Source of the DNA: a virus
Lineage: Duplodnaviria; Caudoviricetes
Direction: 5' to 3' (one strand)
DNA: 62,221 nucleotides
Virus record (IMG/VR): IMGVR_UViG_3300008120_000047
Coordinates: 1 to 62,221 of that record
In this document: piece after piece, positions 55,950 through 62,221 of the stretch
Numbering within the stretch: the first letter of the stretch is position 1
Layout of the letters: the number at the start of each line of letters is the position of its first letter
Notes under the pieces: model-generated
The model's input: the letters and a program-made list of their open reading frames with translations, nothing else
Database searches by the model: none
Told to the model about the DNA's origin: nothing
Program-made: the position numbers and the translations under genes

Positions 55950-56282
55950 TTACTTGTCCTTTATGAATACTCCGTTCTCTGTCTTCCCTTTTCTGTTCTT
56001 GATGACATCGTATGCCACACCAAGAGCATAGTCTGGGTCAATGCTCATCTGCTTGGAAAGGATGATAAGAGTCACAAAGCTATCACCAATAGCGTCGATC
56101 AGGTCGTCTCTATTTCCTTTAGCTAAAGCTCCTGCCACCTCTCCAACTTCTTCCATAACCTTAAGCATTTGGCGAGTCGCATTAGCCTCAGATACAAGAC
56201 CTTTGTGAATAGCCCAACTGCCAACGAGGTCAACAAGATCATCGAATGAGCGATGTTTTACTACGTTTACGCTGGCCTCCAT
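55950..56282 (-). CDS. MazG-like NTP pyrophosphohydrolase
   Basis: WA..KG...Q.LK.MEEVGEVA...DAIGD...AY..IK.RKG...NG.F.K; likely start ATG 56282. Confidence 0.9.
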   Translation of the reverse strand: MEASVNVVKHRSFDDLVDLVGSWAIHKGLVSEANATRQMLKVMEEVGEVAGALAKGNRDDLIDAIGDSFVTLIILSKQMSIDPDYALGVAYDVIKNRKGKTENGVFIKDK

Positions 56283-56295
56283 ACCGTAGAAAGCC

Positions 56296-56466
56296 TCACT
56301 TTGAAAACTTTTCTGCAAATCCTCCTGCATAATCTTTACTTGATTCAATTTCAGATCCCGAATTTAGTTCACGTATCAGTTCCTCCAACCTCTGTCTCTC
56401 AACAATTAGCTCCTTGCAGTCTATAGCAGAAGATCTATAAGACGTATTCTCAGGTAATCTTTTCCG
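56296..56466 (-). pseudogene. Start-less 3' fragment, probably of the small terminase
   Basis: Open frame ...SAIDCKELIVERQRLEELIREL...DYAGGFAEKFSK* with no ATG after the upstream in-frame TGA. Confidence 0.5.
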
Positions 56467-57017
56467 TCAATCTTAAACTTGTATCCAAATTTTGGGTTAA
56501 ACGCGACCACATTTCCGATGTTAATTCCTATTTCATCGAAATAGTCTGCGTAAAAGACTACCTTACCCTTATTTATGGTTTCTTCCTTGAACTCTATTAC
56601 TTCTATAATCTCTGATAGCTTCTCTTTCTCTTCAACTACTGGCTCTAACACCACCCATCCGCCAAGAGGAGTCACTTCATCGGTTCCTTTCTTCCTATAA
56701 GCTATCGCTTGGTTATTTAGTGCTGTTTCTGAGTAGTTCACGATATAAGAGTCTTTCTCCCCTGTAAGCGGTTGCCCATCATTTACTACCACGTGATGAT
56801 GGAAGTACAGCGTATCCCCTGGTGAAACACCCGTTTCAAACTTATAAGGCACAGCTACCACTTCTGCTTCGTTGACCCTGTGCTTAAACTCATCGTACTT
56901 AGGGTCAACGTACAGCTCAATGCCACCAGCGATTGTGATGGTGTCATTCATCTTCTTTTCCATCGTTACGATGAACGCTTCTAGAGGCTTCATTTTAAAA
57001 GTCGAGGTCGTATTCAA
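56421..57017 (-). CDS. GroES-like co-chaperonin (two GroES-like halves)
   Basis: IAGGIELY, GDTLYFHH, PLGGWVVLEP, G.V...G..V.F...Y.FKIDGK. Confidence 0.75.
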   Translation of the reverse strand: MNTTSTFKMKPLEAFIVTMEKKMNDTITIAGGIELYVDPKYDEFKHRVNEAEVVAVPYKFETGVSPGDTLYFHHHVVVNDGQPLTGEKDSYIVNYSETALNNQAIAYRKKGTDEVTPLGGWVVLEPVVEEKEKLSEIIEVIEFKEETINKGKVVFYADYFDEIGINIGNVVAFNPKFGYKFKIDGKDYLRIRLIDLLL

Positions 57018-57234
57018 TTATACAAGGCATATTTTCTATAGTCTTCCAGGCCACCTGGCTTTCGGGCTCTTGCACGTATATGACGTACTTAGTCACCCCA
57101 TACATATCGAAAGAGTCTTGATCGAATACTATCGAGCATATGTTCCCTCTTCCGACGCTCATCCCTACGTAGTAGGCCATCCCGTCTTTCTTAGGATCGC
57201 GGCCAGCTACTATCTTCCTGATAAGGCCGTTCAT
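56995..57234 (-). CDS. Conserved hypothetical protein
   Basis: LIRKI..G.D.K...M.Y.VG...WK....MP...EY.L.F. Confidence 0.75.
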   Translation of the reverse strand: MNGLIRKIVAGRDPKKDGMAYYVGMSVGRGNICSIVFDQDSFDMYGVTKYVIYVQEPESQVAWKTIENMPCIIEYDLDF

Positions 57235-57533
57235 TAGTTCAGGCTTATGTCGTCCCCAAACAAGCTTCTCATCTTGCTATCCCCCGTCATAGCTGAGAAC
57301 GCCTTATGCATCATAGTTGTTACGCTATACAGCTCTACATCGTCTTCGATGGCAAAGTGATATGTAGCAAGCACATCTATGTTTTCGTCGTCTTCTTCAG
57401 CATCATCTATGATCCCATACATGGCTGCACATACAAGCCTGTCCTCGAGGTCGTACTTGGCTGCAAGAGATTCTATTTTGGAGACGATCTTCTTCATTTC
57501 GTCAAAAAACTCCCTGTATTCCTTTTTCATCAC
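57234..57533 (-). CDS. Acidic hypothetical protein
   Basis: First gene after TATCTTTG at 57545-57552. Confidence 0.7.
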   Translation of the reverse strand: MMKKEYREFFDEMKKIVSKIESLAAKYDLEDRLVCAAMYGIIDDAEEDDENIDVLATYHFAIEDDVELYSVTTMMHKAFSAMTGDSKMRSLFGDDISLN

Positions 57534-57559
57534 TTAAATTTGTACAAAGATAGAGTTAT

Positions 57560-57988
57560 ATGCCTAAGTCCAGGGTCCCAAAGGTGAGGATGTTCAGGGA
57601 GTTTTCCTACATGAAACCCTACTTTGTGGGGAAAAATCACCTCAAACGCATGAAGCAGAACAGGACTAAGTTCTTGGATTCTTCTGAGGTATCTCAAAGC
57701 GAGCTAGAGTTCTTGTTGTGGGCTTACGACCTAGAGTTCTTTACCATCAAGTTCGCTAGTGAAGACTATGAAATGAATGCTGGGAACCTTTCTAGCAGGA
57801 TCCTCTATCCGCTTATGAATAGTGGGTATATATACAAGCATTTCGACAAGCTTACTTCTTCAGATATGTACGAAGACCATCTGTTTAGGGGTGAGACCAA
57901 GTTTAACTACAGAGTTCGCTATGCGCTTACTCAGAAGGCTAGGCTGTGCGTGCAGAGGTTCTACAACCTCTTCGATCACCTCCCCTGA
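57560..57988 (+). CDS. Putative winged-helix regulator on the opposite strand of the late arm
   Basis: SELEFLLW.YD...FT...L..SGYI...YALTQKAR (MarR-like pattern). Confidence 0.65.
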   Translation: MPKSRVPKVRMFREFSYMKPYFVGKNHLKRMKQNRTKFLDSSEVSQSELEFLLWAYDLEFFTIKFASEDYEMNAGNLSSRILYPLMNSGYIYKHFDKLTSSDMYEDHLFRGETKFNYRVRYALTQKARLCVQRFYNLFDHLP

Positions 57989-58119
57989 CCCGCGTACGGC
58001 TTCTCGTAGGTAGAGCTGCTCTTGTTTTTAGACCTGCTCTTGGCGTGTCTTCCGTGGTTCTTCTTGGGGTTCAGCACGAGCTTCTCTGAAGCCCTTCCGC
58101 TAGATTTTGCTTTAGCCAT
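57976..58119 (-). CDS. 47-aa basic protein (absent from ORF track)
   Basis: MAKAKSSGR...GRHAKS...YEKPYAGQGR. Confidence 0.7.
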   Translation of the reverse strand: MAKAKSSGRASEKLVLNPKKNHGRHAKSRSKNKSSSTYEKPYAGQGR

Positions 58120-58577
58120 CAGTACAGCTTGTATATGGTTGCTTTTCCGTCGCGCATAGCACGCAGCACGCGCTTCTTATTGTTCCCTTTGTGGTATGAC
58201 ACGTGTACCCATTCTGGATTCTCGTCGTTACCGAACTCCCAAATCAGTTGATTGAACTCTAGGTTCTTCTTGATAAATTCAAAAACCTCTTTGTTTGTGA
58301 CGCCTCCATGAGTATCTGCGTCAAGATCGAGCGCACGCCCAACCATATGCTCCGACGTTTTCGACCCTCCGACTGCTTTATTGAGTTCTTTGCAGCGGAA
58401 TCCTGATGATACTGCGATAGGTACATCGAAGTGGTCTCGTAAGGGCTGAAAAACATGAGTAGCTATATCTATAAGATTTGCAATGTCCTCTTTATCTGGG
58501 GCATTATTTATCCCCAGGCGCTCTGCCGTTATAGACTTTGTCACCTCCCTTAGGCTGAGGTTTTTGCTTAGTTGCAT
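58119..58577 (-). CDS. Peptidase M15A endolysin
   Basis: SSGFRC..LNKAVGGS..SEH..GRALD...WVHVSY. Confidence 0.9.
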   Translation of the reverse strand: MQLSKNLSLREVTKSITAERLGINNAPDKEDIANLIDIATHVFQPLRDHFDVPIAVSSGFRCKELNKAVGGSKTSEHMVGRALDLDADTHGGVTNKEVFEFIKKNLEFNQLIWEFGNDENPEWVHVSYHKGNNKKRVLRAMRDGKATIYKLY

Positions 58578-58649
58578 TTTTAATTGAATTGTTATATGCT
58601 ACTACGGACGGGTTGACTCTCTTTATAGACGGGTTGAAGTACCCTCTGC

Positions 58650-59150
58650 TCACCGATTGAGGCCATTGCGAGCGTTGAGCATCTGAAGCAGCTGCTGCAT
58701 CCCGCCTTGGCCTCCTTCTTCGTCTTCTTCTTCCTCCTCGTATCCACCAGCCTTCTTCTTCATCATGCGCTCTGACTCGTTGTATCTCGTGCCAGTGGCT
58801 TCGTATTGTGCTACGTCGAGCTCGAACTCCCCGTTTTCGTTCTTTCTGACAGGGAAGTCTTCGTCGGCGATGAGGTCATTCCCCTCTTCGTCTCTAGCTA
58901 CAGCGTACTCGTTCCACACCCCATACACTTTTACAGGTGCTTGGCCAGGGACCCCCGTGTCGTACATGACGTACTCTCTATCCCCATCCATCATAACGGG
59001 TGAAGCGAACTGACCAGTGAGCATAAACTCGGGGCTTTTGGGCTTCTTGGGGTCGCCACCACCTTGCATAGCTCTCATCATGGCTTCCATTCCACCACCT
59101 TCATTGAATTTCATAAAGGAATTACTTACTCCTGTGTAGTTGCTGGGCAT
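58650..59150 (-). CDS. Hypothetical protein with FxxGG motif
   Basis: MKFNEGGG; acidic tail. Confidence 0.7.
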   Translation of the reverse strand: MPSNYTGVSNSFMKFNEGGGMEAMMRAMQGGGDPKKPKSPEFMLTGQFASPVMMDGDREYVMYDTGVPGQAPVKVYGVWNEYAVARDEEGNDLIADEDFPVRKNENGEFELDVAQYEATGTRYNESERMMKKKAGGYEEEEEDEEGGQGGMQQLLQMLNARNGLNR

Positions 59151-59151
59151 A

Positions 59152-59295
59152 TTATTTTTTATTTCTGCTAAGATACTTGAAATACTCTACTTGTCTAAGG
59201 CGGTCCTTTGCCCCTTTAAGGGTAGGTGATTCACCTAGGTTTCTCCCTTTAGAAGAAACTACTCGGTAACCGCCAGAAGACTTTTTTACTATCAT
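59152..59295 (-). CDS. 47-aa basic protein (absent from ORF track)
   Basis: MIVKKSSGGYRVVSSKGRNLGESPTLKGAKDRLRQVEYFKYLSRNKK. Confidence 0.75.
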   Translation of the reverse strand: MIVKKSSGGYRVVSSKGRNLGESPTLKGAKDRLRQVEYFKYLSRNKK

Positions 59296-59459
59296 GCCTT
59301 TTTAGACTTCATCAGGGCCTTCTGAGATCTAGCCATTATTCTAGATGCTCTCTTCATGTTGCCCTTCCCAGAGTCAGCGACTCTTTCGGACTTGTCTTCA
59401 AGGCGCATGGCCTTGTCTGAAAGGCGCATCCCTTTTTTCTGTGATTTGGGGTAGTTCAT
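59292..59459 (-). CDS. 55-aa basic protein
   Basis: Likely start ATG 59459 (MNYPKSQKK). Confidence 0.6.
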   Translation of the reverse strand: MNYPKSQKKGMRLSDKAMRLEDKSERVADSGKGNMKRASRIMARSQKALMKSKKA

Positions 59460-59460
59460 A

Positions 59461-59670
59461 TTACTTAATACGTCTAAATGTGTTAGGTTCTCCTTTGTAA
59501 AGCCACGAAGATTCTCCCTTTGGCTTGGGTCCTTCCAAGTCTTCAAGGCCAGCAAGGAGGCCAGAGACACGGCCCTGGTACTTACCAAGACGCTCAAGAA
59601 GCTTTTTAACGTCCTTCTTAGGCGGCTTCGGAGCCTTACCTCCGTCGCTGTACTTCTTCATGCACTTCAT
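59461..59670 (-). CDS. Basic protein starting MKCMKKYSDGG
   Basis: TATATTTG (59675-59682) lies 4 nt before ATG. Confidence 0.7.
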   Translation of the reverse strand: MKCMKKYSDGGKAPKPPKKDVKKLLERLGKYQGRVSGLLAGLEDLEGPKPKGESSWLYKGEPNTFRRIK

Positions 59671-59702
59671 GATGCAAATATAATTAAGAAACTAATCAGC
59701 CC

Positions 59703-60089
59703 TTATTGGAAGTCAACTGTAGTACCAAGATTTCTTGGATTAGACTGAGGCTTTCCAGATCTCTTAACGGCCCTCATCCTTCTTTTCTGCTCTTTCTCCT
59801 TCTGCCTGGCCATCTCCTTCACAGAAATAACTCTATTGCTATCAAGGCGCTTTTTAGAGCTAAGTGTACCAGCCTTTTGACCAGCGTCACTGCTGCTTCT
59901 CACAACGGCATTTACAGTTATGCCAGATCCACCCGCAGCAGCCGTGTTTGAAGGCGCGTCGGGATTGCAAGATCTAGGGGTTTTACCGCTAGTTTCATTG
60001 AAATTCACTGGAGCAGCAGCAGAACTGCCTTTTCCACGTCTTTTTGGGCGATCTACACCACCGCCATTACTGTATTTCATGCACTTCAT
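59703..60089 (-). CDS. Basic protein starting MKCMKYSNGG
   Basis: Start moved to 60089; TATATTTG (60094-60101) lies 4 nt before ATG. Confidence 0.7.
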   Translation of the reverse strand: MKCMKYSNGGGVDRPKRRGKGSSAAAPVNFNETSGKTPRSCNPDAPSNTAAAGGSGITVNAVVRSSSDAGQKAGTLSSKKRLDSNRVISVKEMARQKEKEQKRRMRAVKRSGKPQSNPRNLGTTVDFQ

Positions 60090-60101
60090 AGCGCAAATAT
60101 A

Positions 60102-60636
60102 CAAAAGACACAAAGCACCGCTTCCACAACTACTTTGCATTCTAGCAAGCGGGGCTCTCGCAAGCCCCCGCAGCTGCCTTAGCTAAAGAAGCGTAGCAAA
60201 GTTACAACTTTTTCGGGTAAAAGTCAAGTAGGTCTCACCGCCTGTGGATAAAATTTTTGAGTTATACGTGATCTTGGGGTTGCGCCCCTACATACGTGTC
60301 GTCACGCGTAAACCGAAACCGAATCCTAAGACCCCGTAGGGGTTCTTAGAGACAGATTTCACCTAACTTTTCAGCTTTTTAAGCTGATTGTCAAGCAGAA
60401 AGGCAGCTTTGGTTGAAGCAGAACTGCAATTGAGCTTTGTGAATCGTTGATTCACAGCAAGAAGCAAACCCTCCTCGTCTCACACCTAACCTCAGCTCAC
60501 CTCAGGGGGGCCTTACTCCCCTAAAGGGGAGTAAGAAATATATCAAGGGGGGTCAGATTTGCAATTTCGGAATTTGCCGTAGTATCTTTGGGGCCATCGG
60601 TTTCGCTGTTGAAGCCGTCTCAAAACACTCTCAGCT
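60102..60636. other. Non-coding region between divergent arms, rich in inverted repeats
   Basis: CCCC-GTA-GGGG, TGTGAATC-GTT-GATTCACA, CTTACTCCCCT-AA-AGGGGAGTAAG; - strand TAACTTTG at 60197-60204. Confidence 0.7.
60558..60590 (+). promoter_or_regulatory. First early promoter
   Basis: TTTG, 21 nt, TATCTTTG (60583-60590). Confidence 0.85.
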
Positions 60637-61275
60637 ATGCTGAATCAAACCTCCCTCCTCTCTGACCTTCGGTCAACTGTCAATGCCCTGTCCTGCCGTC
60701 CCACCGCAGAGCGCAAGGCTCATGCCACGAAGCTCCTTCAGGAGCTGTTGGCTTTCGTCGATGGGGTTCAGGTCGGCTCCTCTCCTGCACCTCAGGTCAA
60801 GCACAAGACACCGAAGGTGTCGAAGGTTGCCAAGGTCACCAAGGCATCTCCTACGGAGATGGTAGCTGACCAACAGGAGCTTCGTGCAGCAACCCCAAAG
60901 GGGTTTGCTGTGACCAAAGCCGACAAGGTCAAGGCCGCTGAACGTGTTGCAAAGCAACAAGCCGAGGCTGTGGCTCGTCAGCCCAAGCCCGTGACGCCAG
61001 CCGCGAAAGCACCGAAGGTGCAAGCCGCTGTTGCCGCTCCGTCTTCAGAACTCTTGAGTTCTGTGACTGCGATGCAGGACGCCATGAAGCTCCTCTCTGA
61101 GCTTAGCTCAGCTACTGCGGTGGCTACGACGGAAGTCCGTAAGGACTTGACTTCACTCGAGGCTCGTGTCGCTGCTCTCGAGGCTAAGCCGAAGGCTTCT
61201 GCCAAGCGTTCACCGAAGCAGTCAGCTTTAGCTGACATGCTGCTCGACTCTGACTTCGACGGCATGCCTTGGTGA
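60637..61275 (+). CDS. First early protein, Ala/Lys-rich with coiled coil and DFDGMPW tail
   Basis: 212-aa ORF directly after the first early promoter. Confidence 0.75.
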   Translation: MLNQTSLLSDLRSTVNALSCRPTAERKAHATKLLQELLAFVDGVQVGSSPAPQVKHKTPKVSKVAKVTKASPTEMVADQQELRAATPKGFAVTKADKVKAAERVAKQQAEAVARQPKPVTPAAKAPKVQAAVAAPSSELLSSVTAMQDAMKLLSELSSATAVATTEVRKDLTSLEARVAALEAKPKASAKRSPKQSALADMLLDSDFDGMPW

Positions 61276-61397
61276 GCCGAAGGCTCCGCTGGCGTCAGGT
61301 GAGGCGTGAGGGGTGTGTGTGATGCACACTCGCTCATGCCCACACTGGGCCGCTCACAAGTGGAGTCACCATCTAACCTTTAGGTTAAAAAAATAAA

Positions 61398-61430
61398 TTT
61401 GGATTTGTGGAATCTTTGTCCGTATCTTTG
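61398..61430 (+). promoter_or_regulatory. Early promoter (paralogue of 437-469)
   Basis: TTTG, 21 nt, TATCTTTG; shares AGGTTAAAAAAATAAATTTGGA and TCAATCAATC. Confidence 0.85.
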
Positions 61431-61457
61431 GGCCATCAATCAATCAAACCCCCTGTC

Positions 61458-61616
61458 ATGGGACACACACTCACCTCACCCCTCATGGAAGCTAAGCTTC
61501 AGCAGTTGTTTCAAGGTCTTACTCAGGACCAAGCTCACGCCACGTCATGTTACGCTCAGCTCTCTTGCAGAGAGCAGCAGTTTGCAGACATGCTCTTCGA
61601 GCAAGGCGACCTTTGA
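61458..61616 (+). CDS. Small hypothetical protein
   Basis: ATG 61458 (or 61485) downstream of the promoter. Confidence 0.5.
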   Translation: MGHTLTSPLMEAKLQQLFQGLTQDQAHATSCYAQLSCREQQFADMLFEQGDL

Positions 61617-61645
61617 TTTTCATCTCACTACACACACATCACGTC

Positions 61646-61990
61646 ATGTCACAAGCACAAGTAGCGACTAAAGTCGCAAAGTCCATCAAGGCTAATCTCT
61701 CAGCACCCTTTTGGGTGCAGGTCATGTCAGATGACGCCGCACTCACCAGTGTAAACGGCACTACGTGCCATGTTTGGAAGTGGAACCTGCTCCTCCTTCG
61801 GAGGGATGTGAACCTCTACTCGAAGGGCATCCTGCCCCATAGGGGCTGGAAGGTCACGACGGTCAAGCGTTACCTTGGGGTGACGGGATCGGCTGACGTG
61901 TTGCGAGAGAAAGTCCATGCCATCTACGATGGCCTCGTCTCAGCAGACCGAGAGCGTTTCGAGCCGACCAAATCAGCCCATGTCGCCTAA
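61646..61990 (+). CDS. Hypothetical protein
   Basis: Start moved to ATG 61646, preceded by CACATCACGTC. Confidence 0.7.
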   Translation: MSQAQVATKVAKSIKANLSAPFWVQVMSDDAALTSVNGTTCHVWKWNLLLLRRDVNLYSKGILPHRGWKVTTVKRYLGVTGSADVLREKVHAIYDGLVSADRERFEPTKSAHVA

Positions 61991-62021
61991 TCATTCACCT
62001 CACCTCACATTACCTCACGTC

Positions 62022-62221
62022 ATGATGACCTTCAACGAATCCCGAAAGTACTTTGCAGAGCAAGTCCTTCAAACAGGTGGAGCTACGCTCCGAGCAGTAC
62101 GAAACGAGAAAGGAATCCAAGGATTCGAACTCCCGCCTGAGACGGGGTACATGGTCAGCTACAAGCTGACTGAAGACCGAGATTTCTTGGTCATCGAAAT
62201 CGATGACGACCAAAACATGAC
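62022..62221 (+). CDS. 5' part of junction-spanning early protein (continues to 415; about 166 aa)
   Basis: ATG at 62022 reads MMTFNESRKYFAEQVLQTGGATL...PETGYMVSYK, in frame with the ORF at 44..415. Confidence 0.85.
   Translation, partial: MMTFNESRKYFAEQVLQTGGATLRAVRNEKGIQGFELPPETGYMVSYKLTEDRDFLVIEIDDDQNM
62108..62221. repeat. Terminal direct repeat, copy 2
   Basis: Exact copy of 1-114. Confidence 0.97.

Noticed and set aside
55540-56031. + strand 163-aa ORF
   Set aside because: Antisense to two tRNA genes and two better-supported genes.
16177-60089. Stop-codon reassignment as in some crAss-like phages
   Set aside because: Long genes are intact in code 11, TAG and TGA serve as real stops, and there is no suppressor tRNA.
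1-62221. Temperate lifestyle or prophage
   Set aside because: No integrase, repressor switch, partition genes or host flanks recognised.

Overview
The window is an apparently complete, circularly assembled genome of a lytic tailed dsDNA phage. The first 114 bp repeat exactly at 62108-62221, giving a unit length of 62,107 bp. The host is very likely a Bacteroidota bacterium: promoters match TTTG-N19-21-TAnnTTTG and leaders are A/T-rich without Shine-Dalgarno sites. There are two arms. The + strand arm (60637, through the junction, to 16063) has many small early genes, two tRNAs, DUF932, an ERF annealing protein, an exonuclease, SSB, primase-helicase, a resolvase and a class II ribonucleotide reductase. 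The - strand arm (60089 down to 16177) has an M15 endolysin, GroES-like, MazG-like and ThyX genes, tRNAs, TerL, portal, collagen fibres, major capsid, tail ring/nozzle and cargo proteins, a 3249-aa polyvalent protein, a holin and an M43 metalloprotease. The virion module is crAss-like/podovirus-type, but I recognised no DNA polymerase, RNA polymerase or integrase. Main leads: (1) the giant protein seems to carry internal copies of two domains also encoded as stand-alone early genes, separated by a repeated A[ML][FY]S[LF] linker; (2) a rare tRNA-Ile(UAU) and a tRNA-like RNA with a 6-nt anticodon loop; (3) two unexplained structured ncRNA candidates; (4) an orphan 3' remnant of a probable small terminase gene; (5) leaderless late transcripts whose products share a [YF]xxGG motif. 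All family calls are by-eye motif recognition; no searches were run.
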